Source: Eubacteriales bacterium
GTDB lineage: Bacteria; Bacillota; Clostridia; Oscillospirales; CAG-272
Assembly (NCBI GenBank): GCA_051867925.1
Contig: JBJDZI010000116.1
Coordinates: 6,844-70,843 of the forward strand
DNA length: 64,000 bases
Reading direction: 5' to 3'
The notes under the pieces are model-generated. The model was given only the letters and a program-made list of their open reading frames with translations. It did no database searches and was not told the DNA's origin. The translations under genes and the position numbers were made by a program. Of the stretch, positions 47,473 to 56,569 are shown in pieces (within the stretch, counting starts at the first letter, position 1; every line of letters begins with the position of its first letter).

Positions 47473-47515
47473 ATCCCGATTCGACAGAGTTTTCCGTTGA
47501 ATCGGGATATTTTTG
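47473..47515 (+). terminator. rho-independent terminator
   Basis: ATCCCGATTC-(16 nt)-GAATCGGGAT followed by ATTTTTG. Confidence 0.7.
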
Positions 47516-47732
47516 TGACAGATAAGATTTTTCAGTATTTTTTCATCGTTTTAATTCGACATTTTTCCAATCACTTCCTGCGAACCGCAAAAATTGTAAA
47601 ATCCACTTGAAGTCGTGCGAACGATATGGCACTCCTGTGTCTTTTCAAACTTCCGAAAAAGTGATAAAATACGATTATAAATGCGACTTGCCAAAATCGC
47701 AATCCTGCGCGCAAACACTTCAAGGAGGCAGC

Positions 47733-47993
47733 ATGATTCGCAAGACACTACTAAAAACACTACATCATCCGATAAATTCATCTTTTCTCCGTTATTCGCT
47801 CTACGAGAGTGACACAGGCGGCAGACACGCCTACTCCATCTCCATCACAGACGACCGCTACGGTGCCGTCTGCGCCGAAGACGGCACCGACGACCGCGAT
47901 GCTGCTGAGCGTTTTTTGCATCTTTTGCATCAGGAGGGCGCAGAGCCTTGCCATTTGTACTGCCTGCTGGAGGATGCACTCCCGCTCAGATAA
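47733..47993 (+). CDS. small acidic hypothetical protein (86 aa)
   Basis: AAGGAGG RBS 5 nt before ATG 47733. No family recognised. Confidence 0.45.
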   Translation: MIRKTLLKTLHHPINSSFLRYSLYESDTGGRHAYSISITDDRYGAVCAEDGTDDRDAAERFLHLLHQEGAEPCHLYCLLEDALPLR

Positions 47994-48179
47994 CCGAAAA
48001 AGCGACATTCTGAACGTGTATCCGCCCATAGCAGACGCAATGAGCAGGCAACCAACGCTCGTCAAAATCCACAAAAATTCGCGTCAATTTTCGTCAAGAT
48101 GACGATTCGCAAATTCTTTCTTGACATTCGAGCCAAAATGCGGTATAGTGAAGAAAAGATTATCCAAGGAGGTCACACT

Positions 48180-48797
48180 ATGCCAGACAACAATCAATCC
48201 GACGCGCCGAAGAAGTTTCTACGCAAACTCCGCCGCCGTCAAAAGGAAGCGTCCGAAGAATACACCAAATTCGCCTTCAAAGGGAATATTGTTAACCTTG
48301 CCATAGGCGTCATCATCGCCGGTATGTTTACCGCCATCGTCACCTCCTTAAACGAAGACATACTGACTCCGCTCCTGACTCCGCTGATCAAGGACATCAA
48401 TTTCAGCCAGCTGTTTATCGCAATGGACGGAAACACTTACGCCACCATTGAAGAAGCCCACGCCGCAGGCGTCGCCACGCTGAATTACGGTAAATTCATG
48501 ACCTCTGTGCTGAACTTCTTTCTGATTTCCGTCGTCCTGTTCGCGATGACGCGTTATGCGAACCATACGACCAAACGCATCAACAAGATCAGAAAAGAAC
48601 GGCTGGAAAAAGTTAAGTCGCAGGCACAGACCGACGCGCCCGAAGTCCCCGAAGCACCCACCACCAAGCAATGCCCTTACTGTCTCAGTCAGATCCCCGC
48701 AGCCGCCACCCGCTGTGCATTCTGCACCTCGCATCTGCCTGCAACAGACGATCCCGCAGCGGATTCTTCCGCGGCAGATCATTCTGCGGCAGAATGA
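48180..48797 (+). CDS. mscL: large-conductance mechanosensitive channel with C-terminal zinc-ribbon-like extension
   Basis: MscL core FAFKGNIVNLAIGVIIAGMFTAIV...LNYGKFMTSVLNFFLISVVLF. An extra C-terminal segment of about 70 aa ends with CPYCLSQIPAAATRCAFCTSHL. RBS AAGGAGG. Confidence 0.85.
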   Translation: MPDNNQSDAPKKFLRKLRRRQKEASEEYTKFAFKGNIVNLAIGVIIAGMFTAIVTSLNEDILTPLLTPLIKDINFSQLFIAMDGNTYATIEEAHAAGVATLNYGKFMTSVLNFFLISVVLFAMTRYANHTTKRINKIRKERLEKVKSQAQTDAPEVPEAPTTKQCPYCLSQIPAAATRCAFCTSHLPATDDPAADSSAADHSAAE

Positions 48798-48956
48798 TCT
48801 GCGGCAGAATGATCTGCTATGGTCGCCACCCCCGAAAATGAGTCTTCCGAAAAGGACTGACCATCCCGCACATCCCCTCCTCCGAACGCCCTTCGGGGGA
48901 GATTTTTTGCGCGAAAAAAGTTTACACAATTAAAGGAAGATTTCAAGGAAAAAGCA

Positions 48957-48985
48957 TTGACGGAGGGGAAATTGTATGATAAAAT
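48957..48985 (+). promoter_or_regulatory. sigma-70-type promoter of ruvC
   Basis: TTGACG (48957-48962), 17-nt spacer, TAAAAT (48980-48985). Confidence 0.45.
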
Positions 48986-49030
48986 ATAGAGTAAACTATT
49001 ATGGGGAAGTATTTCCCTTGACGAGGTTTT

Positions 49031-49531
49031 ATGATCATTTTCGGCATAGACCCCGGGCTTGCCATCGTGGGCTGGGGGATTATCGAATACAAAAATTCCC
49101 GCTTCCGTACGCTGGCTCACGGTGCCATCCAGACCCCCGCGCACACCCCCATTGAGACGCGCCTTACCGGGATTCACGAGGAACTGTCCTCCCTGCTGAC
49201 CATCTATCATCCCGATGCCGTGGCGGTAGAGGAACTGTTTTTCACCAACAACATCACCACAGGCATCGCCGTTGCCGAAGCCCGCGGCGTGATCCTGCTG
49301 ACCGCAGCCCAGCAGTGCGTGCCCATCTACGAATATACCCCCATGCAGGTGAAGCAATCGGTAGTTGGCTACGGTAAAGCCACCAAAGCGCAGGTAATGT
49401 TCATGGTAAAGTCCATCCTTGGTCTGCAAAACGCCCCCAAATTGGACGACACCTGCGATGCCCTTGCCATCGCCATCTGTCACGCCCACACCGGCGGAAG
49501 CCGTCTGCGAGAATTTTATAATTTGAAGTGA
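49031..49531 (+). CDS. ruvC: crossover junction endodeoxyribonuclease RuvC
   Basis: MIIFGIDPGLAIVGWG, AVEELFF and DTCDALAIAICH motifs. Confidence 0.9.
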   Translation: MIIFGIDPGLAIVGWGIIEYKNSRFRTLAHGAIQTPAHTPIETRLTGIHEELSSLLTIYHPDAVAVEELFFTNNITTGIAVAEARGVILLTAAQQCVPIYEYTPMQVKQSVVGYGKATKAQVMFMVKSILGLQNAPKLDDTCDALAIAICHAHTGGSRLREFYNLK

Positions 49532-49726
49532 TTTTTCGCTTTTTTCAAGAAAGCGGCGCAAAGTACTTCTGCTCTGCAAAATTGCCGGCAATTTTGTTGC
49601 AAGCAACTTGGCGGGAATGGATACGAGCGCGACCATCCCCATTTGTAACAGGATGGCGACAAAACACAAACCGCTACACACAAAGTATTGGAAGGATTTT
49701 GGGGAAAGATTTCTCCAAGAAAGATT

Positions 49727-50329
49727 ATGTACTACTATATTTCCGGCAAACTGATCCTGGCCCGCCTCTCAACCGCCGTTATTGACGCGGGAGGCGTTGG
49801 CTACAAATTGACCATCTCCGCAACCACGCTGGGCAAGCTGTCAGGCAAGGAAGGTCAGAACACCCTGCTGTATACCCATCTGTCCATCCGCGAGGATGCC
49901 CATGAGCTCTTTGGGTTCTACTCCGAGGAGGAGAAAAACACCTTCCAACTGCTGACCTCTGTCTCGGGCATCGGTCCCAAGGCGGCGATGGCGATCCTCT
50001 CGGTGATGACTCCCGAAAAACTGGCGGTCGCCGTGGCAACCGGGGATGCCAAAGCTATTTCCAAAGCTCAAGGCGTGGGTGCCAAATCTGCCGCACGAGT
50101 GGTGCTGGAACTCAAGGACAAGCTGAAAGCCGATTTTGCCGCCGGCGGCGAGGATGAGGGCGATTTGGTATCTGCCACCGCTCCCGACAGCAATCTTGCC
50201 GATGCGGAAGCGGCGCTGATGGTGCTGGGTTACACCAAGCAGGAAGCGGTTTACGCGCTCAAGGGGCTGGATCCCGCCAAAGACACCGAACTCCTGATCC
50301 GCGAAGCATTGAAGAAACTGATGAAATAA
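49727..50329 (+). CDS. ruvA: Holliday junction branch migration complex subunit RuvA
   Basis: MYYYISGKL...VIDAGGVGYKL and the HhH motifs LLTSVSGIGPKAAMAIL. Confidence 0.9.
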   Translation: MYYYISGKLILARLSTAVIDAGGVGYKLTISATTLGKLSGKEGQNTLLYTHLSIREDAHELFGFYSEEEKNTFQLLTSVSGIGPKAAMAILSVMTPEKLAVAVATGDAKAISKAQGVGAKSAARVVLELKDKLKADFAAGGEDEGDLVSATAPDSNLADAEAALMVLGYTKQEAVYALKGLDPAKDTELLIREALKKLMK

Positions 50330-50404
50330 TTCACCGCCTCCCCGACCGCGCCCTTCGGCTATTCCGGAGGACAAGTTTGATCAGAAAGGGTTTTGCAAAA
50401 CATC

Positions 50405-51454
50405 ATGCAAGAGTTTGAAGCTGAATTTGAATCAAGAATCATGGACACGTCTTACACGGCGGCAGATCAAGAGGTAGAACTCTCTCTGCGCCCCAAGACG
50501 CTGGACGAATATATCGGTCAGACCAAAGCCAAAGAAAATCTGAAGGTCTATATCGAGGCAGCCCGGGCAAGAGGAGAGATGCTGGATCACGTCCTGCTCT
50601 ACGGCCCTCCCGGTCTGGGCAAGACCACCCTCTCCAACATCATCGCCAACGAGATGAATGTGAACATCCGCATCACCTCGGGTCCCGCCATCGAAAAAGC
50701 AGGCGATTTGGTAGCACTTCTGACCAGTCTGCAGGAAAACGACATTCTCTTTATTGACGAGATCCACCGCCTGCCCCGCACCGTCGAGGAAGTGCTGTAT
50801 CCTGCCATGGAGGATTTTGAGATCGACATCATCATCGGAAAAGGTCCTGCCGCTCGGTCTTTCCGCATGAAACTGCCCCATTTTACGCTGATCGGTGCCA
50901 CCACCCGCGCAGGTCAGTTGTCCACCCCCTTGCGCGACCGATTCGGCGTACTGCTGAAGCTGGAGCTTTACTCCCCCGAGGATCTGTCCACCATCGTTCA
51001 GCGGAGCGCGCGGATTCTGGATTTGCCCGTCACTCCCGACGGAGCGATGCAGATCGCATCCTGCTCCCGCGGCACACCCAGAATCGCCAACCGCCTCTTA
51101 AAGCGCGTCCGCGACTTCGCACAGGTGAAGGGCGACGGCATCATCGACCGCAAGATCGCCAAGATCGCGCTGTCCGCACTGGAGATCGACCATCTGGGAC
51201 TGGACAACATCGACCGTCGGATGCTGGAGACCATCATCAAACTGTACGGCGGCGGTCCCGTGGGTCTGGAGACCCTTGCCGCCACCATCGGTGAAGAAGC
51301 CGTCACCATCGAGGATGTGTACGAGCCTTATTTGATGCAGATCGGATTTCTCTCCCGCACCCCCAGAGGGCGTTGCGCCACCCGGCTGGCATATGATCAT
51401 TTGAAGATTCCCTTCATCAGTGCATCGGACGGACAGACCGGTCTGTTTGAGTAA
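50405..51454 (+). CDS. ruvB: Holliday junction DNA helicase RuvB
   Basis: [12 protein letters not shown], Walker [11 protein letters not shown], Walker B FIDEIHRL and [10 protein letters not shown] motifs. Confidence 0.94.
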   Translation: MQEFEAEFESRIMDTSYTAADQEVELSLRPKTLDEYIGQTKAKENLKVYIEAARARGEMLDHVLLYGPPGLGKTTLSNIIANEMNVNIRITSGPAIEKAGDLVALLTSLQENDILFIDEIHRLPRTVEEVLYPAMEDFEIDIIIGKGPAARSFRMKLPHFTLIGATTRAGQLSTPLRDRFGVLLKLELYSPEDLSTIVQRSARILDLPVTPDGAMQIASCSRGTPRIANRLLKRVRDFAQVKGDGIIDRKIAKIALSALEIDHLGLDNIDRRMLETIIKLYGGGPVGLETLAATIGEEAVTIEDVYEPYLMQIGFLSRTPRGRCATRLAYDHLKIPFISASDGQTGLFE

Positions 51455-51473
51455 GCCGGAAAAATCATCCCTC

Positions 51474-51550
51474 CCCGCAAAATTGCCCGCAATTTTGCTC
51501 ATCAAAAAGTCTTTGGGAGGTTTGGAACCTTATCTTCAGAAAGGGTTCCA
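51474..51550 (+). repeat. 77-nt direct repeat, copy 1
   Basis: CCCGCAAAATTGCCCGCAATTTTGCTCATCAAAAAGTCTTTGGGAGGTTTGGAACCTTATCTTCAGAAAGGGTTCCA. Near-identical to 51752-51827. Confidence 0.9.
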
Positions 51551-51751
51551 AGACTGCCAACTATAACGCTCGCCGTATAATTGCACAAGACTTTTCCCCG
51601 CTTTTTCTTTGACCAGAGAAGGCGCAAAGAAAAAACTTAGCAAAAAGAAACGCCGATAGGGGTGTTTCGCGCTCCGCGGAGTGCGACAAGGGCTCTGCCC
51701 TTGCCCCGCCGCCTTTTGAAAAAGGTGGACAAAAACTTTTATATCATTTAT

Positions 51752-51827
51752 CCCGCAAAATTGCCCGCAATTTTGCTCATCAAAAGTCTTTGGGAGGTTT
51801 GGAACCCTTTCTTCAGAAAGGGTTCCA
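51752..51827 (+). repeat. 77-nt direct repeat, copy 2 (ends 10 nt before the methyltransferase ATG)
   Basis: CCCGCAAAATTGCCCGCAATTTTGCTCATCAAAAGTCTTTGGGAGGTTTGGAACCCTTTCTTCAGAAAGGGTTCCA. Confidence 0.9.
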
Positions 51828-51837
51828 ACTAAAAACC

Positions 51838-52707
51838 ATGTTCATTGCATCAAACTGGAAAGAATACGAGCTGATCGACACCGACGAGGGCAAGCGGCTG
51901 GAGCGGTGGGGAAGTTATCGCCTCATCCGTCCCGATCCGCAAGTCATCTGGAAGGGTGCCGCAAACTCACCTCTTTGGAAGGGAGCGGACGCATCCTACC
52001 TCCGCTCCTCCAAGGGCGGCGGCGCGTGGAACGGCAAATCCAATCTGCCCGAGGAGTGGAAGCTCCGTTACGAACCGCTGAATCTGACCTTCAAAATCAA
52101 GCCCATGGGTTTCAAGCATACGGGTCTTTTTCCCGAGCAGGCGGTCAACTGGGATTGGTTCGCTTCGCTGATCCAAAAGGCAAGCAGACCCGTCAAGGTG
52201 CTGAACCTCTTCGCCTATACGGGCGGTGCGACGCTCGCCGCCGCAAGAGCCGGCGCGCAGGTGGTTCATGTGGATGCCGCCAAAAACATGGTGGCACAGG
52301 CTAAGGAAAATGCCGCGCTGTCGGGACTTGGCGACGCACCCATCCGCTACATCGTGGAGGACTGCCGAAAATTCGTGGAACGGGAAATCCGCCGCGGCAA
52401 CCGATACGACGCAGTCATTATGGATCCGCCCTCCTACGGAAGAGGCCCCACGGGTGAACTGTGGAAACTGGAGGAGAACATCCACGAATTCATCTCCCTC
52501 TGCGTCAACGTGCTATCGGATGATCCGCTCTTCTTCCTGGTCAACAGCTACACTACCGGGCTTTCGCCCTCCACCATGGGCTATCTGCTGAATCTCACCC
52601 TCACGCCCCGCTTTGGCGGCAAGACCGTCTGCGACGAGGTAGGGCTTCCCGTCTCGGTCACCGGCGCGCCCCTCCCCTGCGGTGCCGCCGCACGGTGGGA
52701 GCGATAA
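51838..52707 (+). CDS. class I SAM-dependent methyltransferase (RlmI-like)
   Basis: VLNLFAYTGGATLAAARAGA (motif I) and DAVIMDPPSYGRG (DPP motif). Confidence 0.8.
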   Translation: MFIASNWKEYELIDTDEGKRLERWGSYRLIRPDPQVIWKGAANSPLWKGADASYLRSSKGGGAWNGKSNLPEEWKLRYEPLNLTFKIKPMGFKHTGLFPEQAVNWDWFASLIQKASRPVKVLNLFAYTGGATLAAARAGAQVVHVDAAKNMVAQAKENAALSGLGDAPIRYIVEDCRKFVEREIRRGNRYDAVIMDPPSYGRGPTGELWKLEENIHEFISLCVNVLSDDPLFFLVNSYTTGLSPSTMGYLLNLTLTPRFGGKTVCDEVGLPVSVTGAPLPCGAAARWER

Positions 52708-52846
52708 CGCCACCGCATTGCCAAGGTCGCCGACCAAGGAAAACCGCAAAGATTTTCGCCCTAATAAAAGAAATTTGGGCAATCGCGAAATTCTCGCAAA
52801 ATTACCCAGCAATTATACTTTACAGAAAGAACCCGGGAGGTTCGGA

Positions 52847-53716
52847 ATGCCTTTTCCAAAAAGGCTTCCCAGAAAATCCATGCCATTTATTGATACCAAA
52901 CATCTTTCCTTCACTTATACCGACGAGGACGATCCTCAGCCGGTTCTGCACGACGTCTCGCTTTCCTTTGAAAAGGGCGAGTTCGTTGCCATTCTCGGGC
53001 GAAACGGCTCGGGGAAATCCACCTTTGCCAAACTGCTGAACCTGGTGCTGGAAGCCACCGATGGCGAGATCGTCATCGACGGCAAGCCGGTTCACGCAAA
53101 ACTATCCGAGGAGGAGATCATTGACCTGCGCAAGCGGGTAGGAATGGTCTTTCAGAACCCCGACAACCAGCTGGTTGCCACCGTGGTCGAGGAAGACGTG
53201 GCATTCGGTCCCGAAAATTTGGGGATCGAACCCGCAGAGATTCGCCGCCGCGTGGACGAAGCACTGGAAATCGTGGACATGACGGCATACGCCCGTCACG
53301 CGCCCCACAAACTGTCGGGCGGTCAGAAACAGCGGATCGCCATCGCAGGCGTCATCGCCATGCTCCCCGACTGCATCCTGTTCGATGAGTCCACCGCAAT
53401 GCTGGACCCCCGCGGTCGCGCAGAGGTAATGGAGACCATCGAACGGCTCAACCGCGAAAAGGGCATCACCGTTCTGCTGATCACTCATAATATGGACGAG
53501 GCAGTCCGCGCCGATCGCGTGGTGGTCATCGACGACGGCAGAGTGAAAATGGACGGCACGCCGCGGGAGGTCTTCGCTCAAGTGGACCAACTCTTCGCGC
53601 TGGGACTTGCAGTTCCGCAGGCAACCGAGCTTGCCGCACGGCTGAAACTATCCGACGTTCCGCTGACTCCTGCCGAGGGAGCAGACGCCGTCGAACGGTG
53701 GCTGGCGGCTAAATAA
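52847..53716 (+). CDS. ecfA1: energy-coupling factor transporter ATPase EcfA1
   Basis: Walker A GRNGSGKST, LSGGQKQR and Walker B ILFDEST. ATG 52847 has a GGGAGG RBS but lies inside a repeat-derived hairpin. ATG 52880 is an alternative start. Confidence 0.88.
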   Translation: MPFPKRLPRKSMPFIDTKHLSFTYTDEDDPQPVLHDVSLSFEKGEFVAILGRNGSGKSTFAKLLNLVLEATDGEIVIDGKPVHAKLSEEEIIDLRKRVGMVFQNPDNQLVATVVEEDVAFGPENLGIEPAEIRRRVDEALEIVDMTAYARHAPHKLSGGQKQRIAIAGVIAMLPDCILFDESTAMLDPRGRAEVMETIERLNREKGITVLLITHNMDEAVRADRVVVIDDGRVKMDGTPREVFAQVDQLFALGLAVPQATELAARLKLSDVPLTPAEGADAVERWLAAK

Positions 53717-53876
53717 GTTGCCGAAAATCCCGCTCACAAGGGCTTCGCATCCGCGCGATTGCACCGTCTGCTCATCGACACGCACCAAACCATGCCCGCG
53801 TGGCATTGCTCCCCAATTGTTAATTTCCGCAGAAAGGATCGAACCCGGGCAGGGTCGGTACCTTGGTAAATCGAAC

Positions 53877-54752
53877 ATGAAACTTGAACTCAAAAATCTT
53901 TCTTACACCTACAGCGGCGGGACTGCCTTCGCACGACAGGCGGTGAACGACGTTTCCGCCGTTATCCGCGAGGGCAGTATCACCGGCATCATCGGACACA
54001 CGGGCAGCGGGAAGTCTACTCTGGTGCAAATGATGAACGGACTGCTGGCTCCCTCCTCCGGAGAGGTACTTCTGGACGGCGTTAACATTTTCGCCGACAA
54101 GCTGACGCTGCGCGACGCCCGCTTCAAGGTGGGGCTGGTCTTCCAATACCCCGAATATCAGCTTTTCGAAGAGACTGTCGCCAAGGACATCGGCTACGGT
54201 CCGAAAAATCAAAAACTCTCCCCTGAGAAGATCGCCGCCCGCACGCTGGAAGCGGCAGATTTCGTAGGACTGGATCGGGAATTGCTGAGCAAATCGCCCT
54301 TCGATCTATCGGGCGGACAAAAGCGCCGCGTTGCCATCGCAGGCGTGATGGCGATGCGCCCGCCCATCCTCGTTTTGGACGAGCCTGCATCGGGACTGGA
54401 TCCCGTGGGGCGGGAGGAAATCTTCGGCGGACTGCTCCGCTATCGGGATCAGACCGGCGCTACCGTTATCATCGTCTCCCACTCCATGGAGGATATGGCG
54501 CGCTACGCAGAGGACATTCTGGTGATGAACGACAGCCGTCTGATGCTGTCGGGCAGTCGGGATGAGATCTTCCAAAACGCAGATCTGCTCTGCTCCGTCG
54601 GTCTGAATGTACCTGAGATCACCCATCTGGTGAACGAACTGCGCCGCCGCGGCTACGATCTGCCCGACAATCTTTACACCGTAGCAGGCGCCGAGGCGGC
54701 ACTCCGCACGCTCAAAACCAAACTGCAGCGAGAGGAGGGGTCGGATTGCTGA
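53877..54752 (+). CDS. ecfA2: energy-coupling factor transporter ATPase EcfA2
   Basis: Walker A GHTGSGKST, LSGGQKRR and Walker B LVLDEPASGLD. Confidence 0.9.
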   Translation: MKLELKNLSYTYSGGTAFARQAVNDVSAVIREGSITGIIGHTGSGKSTLVQMMNGLLAPSSGEVLLDGVNIFADKLTLRDARFKVGLVFQYPEYQLFEETVAKDIGYGPKNQKLSPEKIAARTLEAADFVGLDRELLSKSPFDLSGGQKRRVAIAGVMAMRPPILVLDEPASGLDPVGREEIFGGLLRYRDQTGATVIIVSHSMEDMARYAEDILVMNDSRLMLSGSRDEIFQNADLLCSVGLNVPEITHLVNELRRRGYDLPDNLYTVAGAEAALRTLKTKLQREEGSDC

Positions 54753-55573
54753 AAGATATCACTTTAGGGCAATATTTTCCGGGAAATTCTCCCCTGCACC
54801 GCTTAGACCCCCGCATGAAGCTGATCTTGGCGTTGCTGTTCATCGTCACCATCTTCTTCGCAGGCAATCTGATCACCGTTGCCATCGTGACCGTAGCGGC
54901 GTTTTTGCTGGTTCCGCTGGGGAAGATCCCCTTGAAAACGGTTCTGCGCTCGCTCAAGCCCTTACGTTGGATCATCCTGTTCACCACCGTGCTGAATCTG
55001 TTTTGGGTCAAGCAGGGTACCCCTCTGGTGGACTTCTACTTCATTCACATCTACTCGGGCGGAATTGTCTACGCTCTGTCTATGGCACTCCGCGTCACCG
55101 CGCTGCTCGCCGGCTCCACTCTGCTCCTTTCCTACACCACCTCCCCCATCGCTCTCACCGACGGCATCGAGCAGATGCTCTCCCCGCTGAAAAAGATCAA
55201 GGTACCGGTTCACGAGTTTGCCATGATGATGACCATCGCCCTGCGTTTCATCCCTACGCTGATCGAAGAAACCGACAAGCTGATGTCCGCCCAAAAGGCG
55301 CGGGGTGCCGATTTTGAGACAGGCTCCATCCTGTCCCGGGCAAAGGCGCTGATCCCCATCTTCATTCCGCTGTTCGTTTCTGCCATCCGCAGAGCCGACG
55401 ATCTTGCCACCGCAATGGAATGCCGTTGCTATCACGGCGGCGCGGGACGAACCCGTATGAATTGCCTGCGCTATTCTTCGCGGGATCTGTTTGCCCTGCT
55501 CTTCTTCCTGCTGTTTATGACAGGCATCGTTGCCCTGCGCTGGGCGCCTCTGCCCACTTTCTTGGCAATCTGA
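54746..55573 (+). CDS. ecfT: energy-coupling factor transporter transmembrane subunit EcfT
   Basis: TTG start overlapping ecfA2 by 7 nt. Motifs GQYFPGNSPLHRLDPRMKL and the conserved ARG (MSAQKARGADF). Confidence 0.88.
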   Translation: MLKDITLGQYFPGNSPLHRLDPRMKLILALLFIVTIFFAGNLITVAIVTVAAFLLVPLGKIPLKTVLRSLKPLRWIILFTTVLNLFWVKQGTPLVDFYFIHIYSGGIVYALSMALRVTALLAGSTLLLSYTTSPIALTDGIEQMLSPLKKIKVPVHEFAMMMTIALRFIPTLIEETDKLMSAQKARGADFETGSILSRAKALIPIFIPLFVSAIRRADDLATAMECRCYHGGAGRTRMNCLRYSSRDLFALLFFLLFMTGIVALRWAPLPTFLAI

Positions 55574-55763
55574 GAAAAGCGCCGAGGATTACCCGCATCC
55601 ATCCTCTATCATCTGCAACCATCCGTAATCACCGCAGAGCCGTGCCGCCCATGGCGTCGGCAGGCGGAGAAATTGCCCGTAAACGGTCGAAAATCCACCG
55701 TTTCCCGCCATTTCGGGGCAAACAGGCTTTCTGTCTGTTTTCAGACCAATTCCAACTGATGCA

Positions 55764-56522
55764 ATGAAAATTTTACTGGAAATCGCATATATGGGTAGCC
55801 ACTATCACGGTTACCAGACGCAGAACAACGAGGCACTCACCGTCCAGCGGGTTCTCCAGAATGCACTGGAGGACTTCTTCGGCGTGCCGCTGAAGATCAC
55901 GGGTTGCTCCCGCACGGACGCGGGCGTTCACGCCAAGCAGTTTTACTGCACCGTGGAGGGAGAAATCCGCTCCACCCTGCCGCCGGAGAAGATTCCGCTG
56001 GCTCTGCGCCCCCATCTGCCCGAGGATATTGCCATTCTCACCGCCCGGTCGGTGCGCGAGGAGTTTCATCCCCGCTATCTGCCCCACCACAAGGAATACG
56101 AATATAATATCTACAACGCCCCCATCCTGCACCCCTACTTTGCGGGGCGGGCGTGGCACTGTCCTGTGCCGCTGGATGTGGCGGCAATGAATGCAGCCGC
56201 CGCGCATCTGGTGGGACGCCACGATTTTGCCGCTTTGATGGCGCAGGGCTCGGCGGTAAAGTCTACCGTGCGGGAGATTCATTACTGCGATGTCCGCAAA
56301 GAGGGCGATTTGGTGATCGTCCGCGTAGCGGCTGACGGATTTCTCTACAATATGGTGCGCATCATCGCAGGCACCCTCACCGACGTGGGCAAGGGAAAAA
56401 TCTCCCCCGACGAGATTCCCACCATTCTTTCGTCGCTGGATCGCACGAATGCCGGCCCCACACTCCCGCCGGAGGGACTCTACTTAAACCGCGTAGTCTA
56501 CCCCGAAGATCAGATCTGCTGA
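55764..56522 (+). CDS. truA: tRNA pseudouridine(38-40) synthase
   Basis: LEIAYMGSHYHGYQTQ, GCSRTDAGVHA (catalytic Asp) and FLYNMVRIIAGTL motifs. Confidence 0.92.
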   Translation: MKILLEIAYMGSHYHGYQTQNNEALTVQRVLQNALEDFFGVPLKITGCSRTDAGVHAKQFYCTVEGEIRSTLPPEKIPLALRPHLPEDIAILTARSVREEFHPRYLPHHKEYEYNIYNAPILHPYFAGRAWHCPVPLDVAAMNAAAAHLVGRHDFAALMAQGSAVKSTVREIHYCDVRKEGDLVIVRVAADGFLYNMVRIIAGTLTDVGKGKISPDEIPTILSSLDRTNAGPTLPPEGLYLNRVVYPEDQIC

Positions 56523-56569
56523 TCCAACACCGCGGCAAACGCTGTCTGCAAATTTTCAAGGAGGTTTCC

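Noticed and set aside
53838-53862. tRNA-like T-arm sequence GGGTTCGATCC (minus strand) in the ecfA1-ecfA2 spacer
   Set aside because: The flanking bases cannot form a T stem, an acceptor stem or an anticodon arm, so no cloverleaf can be drawn. At most this is a chance match or a highly decayed fragment.
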